From NCBI GenBank assembly GCA_965248695.1, contig CBDFKD010000002.1:3648001-3712000 (forward strand): a stretch of 64,000 bases of DNA, read 5' to 3'. The stretch's first letter is position 1, and the number at the start of each line of letters is the position of its first letter. The notes below the pieces were generated by a model. That model was not told the DNA's origin. It saw only the letters and a list, made by a program, of their open reading frames with translations, and did not search any database. The stretch comes from Acidobacteriota bacterium (GTDB lineage Bacteria; Acidobacteriota; UBA890; WLXD01). A program made the position numbers and the translations under genes. Positions 29,738 to 39,007 of the stretch are shown here, piece after piece.

Positions 29738-30112
29738 TCATCGTTGGCGGTCGCGGCGCCAAATCCAGCCGTAGATCCCGAGGTTGAGCGCGATCACCAG
29801 CACCCCCAGACCGATTTGGATTTCTCGCGTCAGGCCAGCGGGGTAGAGCACAGGTATCAGATAGTGCTCGATGAAGCTCCCTTCGTATCCGTGCAGGCCG
29901 GCTTGCCGGCGCCACTGGTTCTCCAGCGGCGTGAGGGGACAGATCCAGCCGCCGAGCGAGATGAGAGCACCCCACACAGCACACGGGACATGTGCCCAGG
30001 CGAAGCGGCGCCACCGGAGAACCAGGAGGCCTCCAGCCACCACGATCGTCACGAAGCCGAGGTGGATCAGAACGGTGAGGTCGGCAAGAAGACCGTAGAA
30101 GGAGGCGTCCAT
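29738..30112 (-). CDS. DUF2784-like membrane protein
   Basis: LADLTVLIHLGF, WICPLTPLEN, FIEHYLIPVLYP. Confidence 0.85.
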   Translation of the reverse strand: MDASFYGLLADLTVLIHLGFVTIVVAGGLLVLRWRRFAWAHVPCAVWGALISLGGWICPLTPLENQWRRQAGLHGYEGSFIEHYLIPVLYPAGLTREIQIGLGVLVIALNLGIYGWIWRRDRQR

Positions 30113-30204
30113 GCAGTTGCGCGCGCTACGGGTCCGTCGGCACGAGCCGGTTCAGCTCGTCGAACCAGTTGGTGACCAGAACCATGTTGCGGATCCCCTG
30201 ATCG

Positions 30205-31761
30205 TCAGATCGCGGCGGGTGGCAGATGGAGTTTCCACCAGTCGGCCGCTCGACGGGCGTTCCATCGCGGCTCGGGGCAGCAGGCCACCAGAGCTTCCGC
30301 CAACTCCGCGGCGCTCCGGTAGCGGGCGTCCGGATCCTTCTCCAGGCACCTGAGAATGACGCGCTCGAGCCCGGCAGGAATCTCAGTCTCGAGCCTGTCG
30401 GACGGTGGCACCGGCGAGGTCTTCACGTGATCCACCAGTACGCCGAACGGCGGGCCGTCGAACACCGGCGTTCCGGTCAACAAGTAATAGCCGACGCAGG
30501 CCAGAGCATAGATATCGGCACGGCCGTCCGCCTCGACGCCGTTGAGCACCAGTTCCGGAGCCATGTAGCCAGGGGTCCCTTTGATCTCCCCTTTGAGTGT
30601 GAGTTCAGTTGGTTCCTCTGCGCCAGGCGCCGGCAGCGTTGCGCCCGTCACGAGTCCGAAATCGAGCACCTTGACGAAGTCGTGGGCCGTTCCGAGCCGG
30701 CAGGTAAAGATGTTGGCGGGCTTGATATCTCGATGCGTCATGCCCCGGCCGTGCGCCTCGGCCAACGACTGGCAGGCCTGCTCGAGGAGGTAAATGACGC
30801 GCTCCGCAGCAACAGGTCCGTGCTGCTTGACCAGGTTACTCAGGTCGACGCCGTCGAGATACTCCATCGCGTAATAGAAGGTGCCATCGCCGGCGACGCC
30901 GAAGTCGTATACCTCAACCGTGTGGATCGAGCGTAGGCGAGCCGTGGCCTGGGCCTCGCGCTCGAAGCGGCGCAATACCAGGGCCGCCTTTTCAGGGCTT
31001 TTCTTGTCCACCGCGTCGTCACGAATCAGCTTGATCGCCGCGGGCCGTGCCAGTAGGTTGTGCTCGCCGAGCCAGACCTCACCCATGCCGCCCTGACCGA
31101 TTCTGCGCTTGAGCACGTACCTGAGAGCGATCCGGGTGGTACGTGCGAGCGCCAGGTACTGGTCAATCACGTAGGCAGCCAGGATGGCTAGCACCGCGGC
31201 AACCGCCAATACGATTACCGACTCTGCAACTCGGCCTGGCACAGCGACCTCGCGTAGCCCCGCCGCGCGTTGCGGGCTCGATAGCCACAGGAGCGTCACC
31301 AACGCAGCCGGCGTCAACGCCAGGCCGCCAATCACTCGAGCGTCACGCGGCCATTGGTTGGGTACCGCCGTTCCATACGTGACCATGAGCAGCACGAACT
31401 GCATGAGGGCGAGGTTCCATCGGGACGCCAGCCCTTGAGCGTCGCCGACTGCCAGCAGTTGATCGAACGTCGCGTAGGCGGTCCAAGCCAGGTACGCGGT
31501 CAGCGTGGCGAACACCGCGCGCTCAATCCAGCGGAGTTCATCAACGGAGGGATCGTCCCGGACGAAAAGTGCTGCGACGGCGGCACCAAGAACGAGCACT
31601 ACGAGAAAGAGTCCTGCGGCGCCGCGCGTCGAGCCCGTGGTCAGACCCCAGAGCAGGAAACCCGCCGTGCCCGCCAGCATCAGCGCGCTCACGGTGCCCA
31701 AGAGCATCCGCAGCGGCACCACGTTGGCCAGTTCCTTCGCCTCGTCGCCCAGACCGGGCAA
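30205..31761 (-). CDS. Membrane Ser/Thr kinase (N-terminal TM bundle, C-terminal kinase)
   Basis: GQGGMGEV, AAIK, HRDIKPAN, DFG, GTPGYMAPE; in-frame ATG at 31884 separated by TGA at 31777-31779. Confidence 0.85.
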   Translation of the reverse strand: MPGLGDEAKELANVVPLRMLLGTVSALMLAGTAGFLLWGLTTGSTRGAAGLFLVVLVLGAAVAALFVRDDPSVDELRWIERAVFATLTAYLAWTAYATFDQLLAVGDAQGLASRWNLALMQFVLLMVTYGTAVPNQWPRDARVIGGLALTPAALVTLLWLSSPQRAAGLREVAVPGRVAESVIVLAVAAVLAILAAYVIDQYLALARTTRIALRYVLKRRIGQGGMGEVWLGEHNLLARPAAIKLIRDDAVDKKSPEKAALVLRRFEREAQATARLRSIHTVEVYDFGVAGDGTFYYAMEYLDGVDLSNLVKQHGPVAAERVIYLLEQACQSLAEAHGRGMTHRDIKPANIFTCRLGTAHDFVKVLDFGLVTGATLPAPGAEEPTELTLKGEIKGTPGYMAPELVLNGVEADGRADIYALACVGYYLLTGTPVFDGPPFGVLVDHVKTSPVPPSDRLETEIPAGLERVILRCLEKDPDARYRSAAELAEALVACCPEPRWNARRAADWWKLHLPPAAI

Positions 31762-32292
31762 CAGTCCCGTCTCGGGTCAGAACCAGCACCTACCGTCAGC
31801 CGCGCCCGCGTCGAACGGATCGCTGTCGCCGAGCACGGGAGACCCTATCGGGCCGGTGATGCCTTCATTCTGGGAGTCGCTCATGCGTGCAAGAGTGTCA
31901 CCGCTGTCGGCGGCGCGAAAGCGGCCACGCGCTGGCCGTGGCCGGTGGTCTCATGGCGGCGCGCTGGTACGCCCATACTGCGCCGCGAGCGAGATCGAAG
32001 GTTCGCCGACAACGGGGGAAGCCAGCGCAGCCAGCAGGCACCAGGCGGATACCCGGTAGCGGAGCAGATCGGTCGCTCGACGGTCTGCGTCTCCGCTGTC
32101 CATTGCTTCGGCCTCCGCGGCGGTGACCACAGGGCAGGCTCTCGTTCGGCCCGTGCCCGATTGCAGTACCCGCGCACCACCCTGGGCGAATTCGCGGGCA
32201 CCGTTACCGATTCGACGAAATCCGTCAACCGAGACTGTGGGGTTTTCGGCGTCAGGCAGGACAGCGAGCCAGGGCCTGCAAGGGCCCGGCCA

Positions 32293-34506
32293 TTACCCGC
32301 TCTCCAGCACCCGCAGGGCCAACAGGCGCACTGCCTGTTGTTCCGCCGCCAGATCGACGATCTTCAGCTCGACCTCGTACTGACCCGGCTCGAGACTGGG
32401 CAACGGGAGAACTCCCCCGTGGACACCCGGAGACACGGGCCGCAGCTCCGTTGGCGCGGCCACGATGATGGGCGCCTCGACGCCCTCGCGACGAACGGCG
32501 AGCACGAGCTGCGGGCTGGCGGCGCCACCAACCTGTACGCTGGCTGCAAGTCGGAGGCCCGATCGAGCGTCCGAGCTCAGCAGCGGCCGGATGCCGCCCC
32601 CTACCGGGTCGACGGCGACGAGCATCGGATCGGCCATGCGCCAGCCATCCTCGCTGGATGGCACCTCCACCGCCAACCTGGCGGTGCCGACACGATCCCC
32701 CGGCACCTCGTTCACGAACATGCGCACGTCGTAGACGCCAGGGTCCACCTGAAATTCCCTGATGTAGGGAGAGAACCGTGCGGAGTTCGCCGCCGACTGC
32801 CTCCCTGCCGCGGCCTCGGAAGCCACCCTCGCGTGGAACTCATGGCCCAGCCCACCGGCGCTACTCACGGCGACGGCGTGAACCTCGAAGAACGGGATGC
32901 CGAGCTGCTGAATTGCCTGCTCGTCCACCCCGTCGCGGGTGTCGACGGTCCCGAAGGCGGGCGCCCAGCTACCGAGAACCGTCTCTTCCTGTCCGGGTAA
33001 CCCGATTGCCAGGTAGATGCTGGGAGAGCCGTCTGCGGCGAACCGGTGGAACCCCCGCGCCGGCACGGGTCGACCCACTACCGACCCCGGCAACGTCAGC
33101 GCAGCGGTGATCTCGCGCTTGCGCCGTTCCAGCGCAGGCAGCTCCCGGTATCCCGGACGCGCGCGCACTTCGGCGCCTGAAACGCCGACCTCGACCTCGA
33201 TCTCGTGGTATTCGCCGTCCTCGTGGGGCTCCGGCGGCTCGTAGAAGAGCATGTAGAAGCGCGTCGAGTCGACGTATTGCTCCCGGAACGCGCGGCCGAG
33301 ATCGGACCAGCCGATAAACGATCGGCCCCCAGTGCTGGCCGCTACTTCAGACAGCGGAGCCGTCAACTGCGCGTATGCCGGGCGGATGTTCCGCCGCAGC
33401 GCCCTCGCCACCTGGTTGTCTCCGACTGCTGCCCGAGTGCCCAGTGAGCCGAGCTCCGAGATCGGTCGGGGGTCGATGGCGTAGATGCTCACGTTGCCGG
33501 TGTTGGCGGCCTCCACCAGAGTGTCCATCGCATCGAGCACCCTCGGATCGGGCACGGACCAGGTGGTTTGGGCCGAGCTGCTCACTTCGGCAGCCACGAT
33601 CTCTTGCACGGTCGCGGCGAAGGCGCCGAAGGGCCCGCTGTTGGTAACAATGGCGCCCGACGAGATCCACACTAGGGCCGTCCGGCCCTCCATGACCGAA
33701 AGGGCATGGGTCAGCTCGGTGAGCCGGCGCAGGGTGTATCCGAAGCGCTGTCGCGCCTGCTCGCCATCCCTTGTGGCCGTTTGCTCCGCGGCGCGGACGA
33801 CATCGCGAATCTTGGCTGGCGAGCTGCCGGCGTTGTTCAGCACGTCGAGCGCATTCTTCATCATGTTGGGGTACTCGCGGCTCATTCGCTCGAAGATCGA
33901 CTCGCTCGCCGGCCCGGCCTCGATCGCCATCAGAGCCGCGTTCCGCAACACGTCTCGATCGGTCGTCAGCGGTGCCAGCTGGCGCAACGCGCCGCCCTCA
34001 CTGAGCATGAACATGGCGCGCGGGATGGCGAGATCCCCGTCTCCCTCGAACAGCCCTCCGAGCACCTCCGACAGCTGTGGATGGTCCGACTGATCGAGGC
34101 TCGGCTGGTCGACGAAGTACACAATCGCCCCGAGGGTGGCAGCGCTCTGTATCTCGGCAGCCGGTCCGCTCGAGCCGCGGGAGCCGAGGTTCGTGACCCG
34201 CCCACTCTCCGCGCTGACCAGTTGAACACCGGTGATCTCCTGCACGACCCCGTCTTCGAGCAGGCGAAAATCCTCGGCGGCCAGGTCGTCGACGAAGTTA
34301 CCGTCGCCGTCGGTTACCAGCGTATCGACGCGTACACGAGTGACGGCAGAGCGGAACGTCGGGGTTTGCGCGGTCTGCGCCGGCTCTTGCAGCAGCGGGT
34401 GCTCTGCCGCTGCATTTGAACCGGCGACGGCGACGCTCGATAGGCAAAGGAACGCCGCAGCAATCGCAAGCGTCTTGGAAGGCGTGAGATCGGGCTCTCG
34501 ATCCAT
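32293..34506 (-). CDS. Secreted VWA-domain protein (Acidobacterial VWFA type)
   Basis: PTFRSAVTRVRVD, DFRLLEDG, GRTALVWISSG, SIYAIDPR, STGG, YHEIEV...VRARPGY. Confidence 0.8.
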   Translation of the reverse strand: MDREPDLTPSKTLAIAAAFLCLSSVAVAGSNAAAEHPLLQEPAQTAQTPTFRSAVTRVRVDTLVTDGDGNFVDDLAAEDFRLLEDGVVQEITGVQLVSAESGRVTNLGSRGSSGPAAEIQSAATLGAIVYFVDQPSLDQSDHPQLSEVLGGLFEGDGDLAIPRAMFMLSEGGALRQLAPLTTDRDVLRNAALMAIEAGPASESIFERMSREYPNMMKNALDVLNNAGSSPAKIRDVVRAAEQTATRDGEQARQRFGYTLRRLTELTHALSVMEGRTALVWISSGAIVTNSGPFGAFAATVQEIVAAEVSSSAQTTWSVPDPRVLDAMDTLVEAANTGNVSIYAIDPRPISELGSLGTRAAVGDNQVARALRRNIRPAYAQLTAPLSEVAASTGGRSFIGWSDLGRAFREQYVDSTRFYMLFYEPPEPHEDGEYHEIEVEVGVSGAEVRARPGYRELPALERRKREITAALTLPGSVVGRPVPARGFHRFAADGSPSIYLAIGLPGQEETVLGSWAPAFGTVDTRDGVDEQAIQQLGIPFFEVHAVAVSSAGGLGHEFHARVASEAAAGRQSAANSARFSPYIREFQVDPGVYDVRMFVNEVPGDRVGTARLAVEVPSSEDGWRMADPMLVAVDPVGGGIRPLLSSDARSGLRLAASVQVGGAASPQLVLAVRREGVEAPIIVAAPTELRPVSPGVHGGVLPLPSLEPGQYEVELKIVDLAAEQQAVRLLALRVLESG

Positions 34507-34606
34507 GGCCGAAGAGTACCTGCGAACGCCTCACGGCGATAGCGTCCGGAGGTATCCCGAGGATCATGCGGCAAACGTCGCACGATCGAGGATTCTGACG
34601 ATCTGG

Positions 34607-34906
34607 CTAGCCGTTGCTCGCCAGTCTTCTGACCACCCAATCCGAAGTCCAGTAGACCACGAAGCACAGCACCAGCAGGATCATCGGGAAGCCGGGCGAG
34701 AGCACTTCCGTGTCCGCGCCTCCCGAGACGATGTTGCGGATGATCTCGTAAAGCCACAAGCCGATACCGGTGGCCAGGGTCAGCGTACCGGGGATCTTGT
34801 GTGCTCCCTCGTGATATAGCGCCGCCCACAGCACGATGAATGACGGAAGCGTAGCGGCGTAACTGCCCTGTATGAGCTCGAAGGCGCGCGTGCCCGACAG
34901 CGCCAT
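34607..34906 (-). CDS. Small membrane protein, possibly 5'-truncated
   Basis: Three hydrophobic helices. Confidence 0.45.
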   Translation of the reverse strand: MALSGTRAFELIQGSYAATLPSFIVLWAALYHEGAHKIPGTLTLATGIGLWLYEIIRNIVSGGADTEVLSPGFPMILLVLCFVVYWTSDWVVRRLASNG

Positions 34907-35173
34907 AGCTTCGAGGTATCGGCAATCGGGCGCGGCGGGCTTAAAGGCCGGTGCGCTGCCAACTGAGCTGCTGACAGCGCCCGACGAGTGCGGCAGGCTC
35001 GACAGGAGGCTTAGGGGCGCTCCTGTGGCTCAGGTAGCTTCGTCGTTGAGGGGGCTTGGGAGGCTTGGATCCCACCGGAACGTAGGCTGAAAGTAGGCTG
35101 AGCCGTCCTTCCCGTGGATAGAAATACGGGGCCTTCCTGAGGCGTAATTACCTTCCAGGAAAAGAGAATTCAG

Positions 35174-35217
35174 GAGTGGGCGCACCGGGATTCGAACCTG
35201 GGACTTCCACCGTGTGA
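35174..35217 (-). repeat. tRNA-Val 3' fragment (att scar 2)
   Basis: 44-bp match to 38363-38406. Confidence 0.92.
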
Positions 35218-35421
35218 AACGGGGACATGATGACGAATAGTTGCGATCCCTTGCCGTTGTCTGAGTTTAGCGTCGCCGTTGCTTAGCGTTGCTTGCTGTT
35301 GCTCACGGTTGTCTGCGACGGAATTGTCAACGGATTTGTCAACGCACGCTTTGGGGCTCGCCGTGCTTCACGGGGCCGCGGGTAACGCGGGCACCAGAGA
35401 CTGGTCTATGGTGTGCGCCCA

Positions 35422-36918
35422 ATGAAAGACGCGACGGAGCAACCGAACATCATCCTGGTGTTTGTCGACAACCAGCCGGCCGACATGCTGGGGTGTGCGG
35501 GCAACGACGAGATCCAGACTCCGTATCTCGATCAGCTCGCCCAGCAAGGGGTGCGTTTCGATCAAGCTTTCTGTCCCAACACAATGTGTTCACCCTGCCG
35601 GGCTTCGGTACTGACGGGCCTGATGCCATCACAGCACGGAGTCCACACCTGGCTCGACGACACGCTGATCGATGAGTGGCCCGAGAACTGGAGTGCGATC
35701 GAGGAGTTCGAGGCACTTCCGACGCTCCTTTCCCGAGCGGGCTACGACAGTGCGTTGGTGGGCAAGTACCACCTCGGGCGCGTCGATAGGCCGCAGAATG
35801 GCTTTCGGGAATGGGTGACGATGGCCATCGGCCACGTCCAATCCTTCTACGACAATGCGATTGTCGAGAACGGCCAGGAGTACGCGGTGGCTGGCCACGC
35901 CGTCGAGTTCTTCACCGAGCAGGCCGTCGCCTACTTGCGACGACGCGCCGACGCCAGCAAGCCGTTCTTTTTGTTTCTCACGTATCCCGCGCCTTACGGA
36001 CATTGGCCGGCAATCAAGGGCGAGATTACGAACCAGTTCGCCGACATGTATCGAGCGCTGCCCATGAGCTCGGTCCCCCGGGAGGGCCTCAGTAGACAGC
36101 TCATCGATTGGATCATCCTTAGACACCAGATCGCGCCTGGCGAGTGGGAGGAGGATTACAAATCGATGGCGCAAATGCCGAACGATCTACCAACACTGCG
36201 CAACTACTACTCCCAAATGAGCATGGTAGATCTCGGTGTCGGGCGCGTGTTGGAAGGGATAGACGCGCTCGAAATGGCCCGCAACACGCTGATCGTCTAC
36301 ACGTCAGACCATGGCATGTCCCTCGGGCAACACGGCTTCTGGGGGCATGGCGAAGACACATGGCCCGCGAACAACCATCGCGAGGCGACCCATATTCCAC
36401 TGATCGTCCGTCCGCCCGATGGCCCAGCAGCCCCGGGCCAGGTCCTCTCCTCGTTGGTGGGGACTACAGATATCTTCGCCACGATCCTCGACTATGCGGG
36501 GGTCGACCTGCCCGACGCGAGCAAGTCCCAGTCCAAGAGCATCCGTCCGTTGCTACAGGGAGCGAACGTGGATTGGGATGACACGGTTTTCATGGAGCAG
36601 GAGGAAACCAGGTCCATACGGACCGCTAGATGGCTGTTCATGAAGCGATTCCGAGGATCGAGCTACGAGTTTATCGACGAGCTCTACGACCTCGAGGAGG
36701 ACCCGGGGGAGCGAAACAACCTATCTGGCCAGCCGAGTCACGCAGGTGTCCTCGCCGAGCTGAACGCACGGGTAGACTGCTTCTTCGCCGACATTGCCGA
36801 TCCCCAATGGGACTTGTGGAACGGCGGCACGGTGAAATCGAACTCCAGCCGCCCCTTCCTCTGGAAGGACGCATGGGGAGCGAGGTGGTCCCCGGCCTAC
36901 GGTCCAAGCGACCGGTGA
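35422..36918 (+). CDS. Cys-type (formylglycine) sulfatase
   Basis: PNIILVFVD, CSPCRASVLTG, VGKYHLG, TSDHG, ELYDLEEDPGE. Confidence 0.92.
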   Translation: MKDATEQPNIILVFVDNQPADMLGCAGNDEIQTPYLDQLAQQGVRFDQAFCPNTMCSPCRASVLTGLMPSQHGVHTWLDDTLIDEWPENWSAIEEFEALPTLLSRAGYDSALVGKYHLGRVDRPQNGFREWVTMAIGHVQSFYDNAIVENGQEYAVAGHAVEFFTEQAVAYLRRRADASKPFFLFLTYPAPYGHWPAIKGEITNQFADMYRALPMSSVPREGLSRQLIDWIILRHQIAPGEWEEDYKSMAQMPNDLPTLRNYYSQMSMVDLGVGRVLEGIDALEMARNTLIVYTSDHGMSLGQHGFWGHGEDTWPANNHREATHIPLIVRPPDGPAAPGQVLSSLVGTTDIFATILDYAGVDLPDASKSQSKSIRPLLQGANVDWDDTVFMEQEETRSIRTARWLFMKRFRGSSYEFIDELYDLEEDPGERNNLSGQPSHAGVLAELNARVDCFFADIADPQWDLWNGGTVKSNSSRPFLWKDAWGARWSPAYGPSDR

Positions 36919-36928
36919 TCGGCGGCGG

Positions 36929-37353
36929 CTATGACCCACCCCGGAATCGGGGCTGACCGGCTAATAGTTCCCAGAACTCGCGTGCGCTCAGGACGCGAAT
37001 CCCTTCCACTTCGTCGAAAGCATCGAGCAACGCCCGATCGCCGGTCACGAATACGTCTGCCCGCGCGTTGACTGCGCTCGCGACGACCCAATCATCGTCT
37101 GCGCCTCCGATCTCTAGCGGGTATGGATGCTGTGGCATGGGCTCGACATGATGTCTGCGGATGAACTGAACTGCAGAGTCGACAACCGCACGCGCCGCGC
37201 CGAGCTTATCTTCAAGAACGGACCGGAACTCAGTTACCAAGACCTCGGAAGCGAGCAACTCGTGCTCCGCCCGCACAGCCCGTAGCACGTCGGCGCAGAG
37301 GCCCCGCGTAGCGAATGCGCTCACGAGAACGTTGGTGTCCAAGACACCCTCAA
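36929..37353 (-). pseudogene. PIN-domain toxin with apparent 1-nt loss after the start codon
   Basis: LDTNVLVSA, DDDWV, FVTGD; coupled TTG start is out of frame (TTGAGGGTGTCTTGGAC). Confidence 0.75.
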
Positions 37354-37430
37354 GAAACGTTCTCGAACACGTCCTCGTCGGTGAGATAGCCGCGAGCCTC
37401 AGCGAATGGCATCAGCTGTTCCCTATCAAG
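37350..37430 (-). pseudogene. C-terminal remnant of the cognate antitoxin
   Basis: REQLMPFAEARGYLTDEDVFENVS* overlapping the PIN start; N-terminus missing. Confidence 0.6.
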
Positions 37431-37473
37431 AGGAGCGCGGCCGAGTCCAGCCCGCTCGGCAGCGGGATTCAGC

Positions 37474-37510
37474 GTGGGCGCACCGGGATTCGAACCAAGG
37501 ACTTCCACCG
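37474..37510 (-). repeat. tRNA-Val 3' fragment (att scar 1)
   Basis: 37-bp match to the tRNA-Val 3' end with 2 mismatches. Confidence 0.9.
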
Positions 37511-37552
37511 CCTTGCATCGTTGTGTAATAAGTGGCGCAGTAGACTGCGCGC

Positions 37553-37937
37553 ATGGAAATGGAACGTCCCGACGACATCATCGTCAGCGATCGACCCATC
37601 GATCCGGAGGTGTTGCACAAGCTGGTCGACCGCTTCTTCGGCGACATGGTGAAGCTGGTGGTCGACGTGCGCCGGCGGTTCGTCGCCGTCGGTGGCGAGC
37701 TTCACGCCGACGCCGAGGCGATTCCGCCGGGACGTGGAAGTAAGCAAGCCGACCTGTGGGGCGCGAACTACTACCCAGGTATGGGACCTGGGACCTGAAG
37801 ACTGCCTTCAGTTCACGGCGCTGATCAACATCCGGCCAGCGCAAGACAACCGTGCCATGGAGGTTCAGGATTCCGCGATCCGCGAGACCATGCGAGGGAT
37901 CGTGCACGAACTGGTGGGCCGAGGAGAGTCGCTGTGA
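37553..37937 (+). pseudogene. DUF5674-like protein frameshifted by a 7-bp duplication
   Basis: MVKLVVDV..GGELHADAE..LWGAN, then LINIRPAQDNR in the next frame; TGGGACC twice at 37782-37795. Confidence 0.7.
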
Positions 37938-38317
37938 ACGCGCCGTCGCAGCATTCCCGTCTCTCTCGAGCCCGCTGGGCCGAGTTCTCTTGCGATCGCC
38001 AGATCCTGATGATTGCCAACGAGGTGCACCGAACCGCTCGCCTGATAGACCTCGGCGCATGGGACCGCGTGCACGCGGGGCTCGAACGTGTGTTGCGGTT
38101 GACGGATCTGACGATCTCCTGTGTCACATCACCCACGAGGCGCCGAGAACTGCTGCGATGGCGTGGCCTGGCCGCCGCCCTCTATCTGCAATCACGACCC
38201 GACGCCGACATGCACAAGCAGATGTTTCTCTGCCTGCTGCAGTTCACACCGACGGCGTTTCAACAGACCGCGGTGCTATTCGACGATCACCGCAAGAGTT
38301 CCGCGCTCCGATCGTGA
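37934..38317 (+). CDS. Hypothetical helical protein coupled to the DUF5674-like gene
   Basis: GTGA overlap; RWAEFS..QILMIANEVHR. Confidence 0.65.
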   Translation: MNAPSQHSRLSRARWAEFSCDRQILMIANEVHRTARLIDLGAWDRVHAGLERVLRLTDLTISCVTSPTRRRELLRWRGLAAALYLQSRPDADMHKQMFLCLLQFTPTAFQQTAVLFDDHRKSSALRS

Positions 38318-38365
38318 AAGGGTCCGGCGACCAAGGCCCCGTTGGATGAACGAATCAGAAAAGAG

Positions 38366-38438
38366 TGGGCGCACCGGGATTCGAACCTGGGACTTCCACC
38401 GTGTGAGGATGGCACTCTAACCGCTGAGTTATGCGCCC
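38366..38438 (-). tRNA. tRNA-Val (CAC)
   Basis: GGGCGCATAACTCAGCGGTTAGAGTG-CCATC-CTCACAC-GGTGG...GGTTCGAATCC..GCGCCCA. Confidence 0.96.
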
Positions 38439-38641
38439 ACCTGGATGGTCTGGCTCGAGCGAGCCGGCCGAGGTGGAGTGCCCGATCACACGGACTCAGC
38501 AGGCGTCCATGATAGCGGTCGCGCTCGGGTGGGCCAAGCGGCGGCGGGCGCACTGGAAAGCTGGCGGCAAGGGGCTAATATGACCACTCCGCAGGCTGTC
38601 GTGTTTTCTCGCGATCTTGCTCCTTCAGATAGGCGAAACAT

Positions 38642-38968
38642 ATGGACAACCAGGAAGACATCGCTCCCACTTCCGATGGACACGTGCAGATATCCGCAAC
38701 CGACGATGACCTGAAGGGTCGGTACGCGAACCTGATGTCGGTGAGCCACACGGCGGAGGAGTTCGTGTGCGACTTCTTCTCGGTTACGCCAGCGGGGGAG
38801 GGGCCGCGCGGTCACTTGGTGTCGCGGGTGATCGTGTCGCCGTCGCACTACAAGCGCATCGTCAGCGCGCTGAGCGACAACCTGCGCAAGTACGAGGAGC
38901 AGTTCGGTGAGATCGAGGATCCGCAGGGCAACTTGCCGAGTCCGGACGACATCGGCTTCGTGCACTAG
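38642..38968 (+). CDS. DUF3467-like protein
   Basis: GRYANLMSVSHTAEEFVCDF..SRVIVSPSHYKR..YEEQFGEI. Confidence 0.85.
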   Translation: MDNQEDIAPTSDGHVQISATDDDLKGRYANLMSVSHTAEEFVCDFFSVTPAGEGPRGHLVSRVIVSPSHYKRIVSALSDNLRKYEEQFGEIEDPQGNLPSPDDIGFVH

Positions 38969-39007
38969 AGCGCTGTCCTGGCGGGGGAGCGTACGAGTGG
39001 GAGGAGG

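Noticed and set aside
31777-31779. Selenocysteine TGA in the kinase N-terminus
   Set aside because: Non-catalytic leader region and no recognisable SECIS; a lesion or downstream start is more likely
31354-33000. 548-aa plus-strand ORF
   Set aside because: Antisense shadow of the kinase and VWA genes; no motifs
35174-38406. CRISPR-like array from three ~40-bp repeats
   Set aside because: The repeats are tRNA-Val 3' ends, spacing is kilobases, and there are no cas genes
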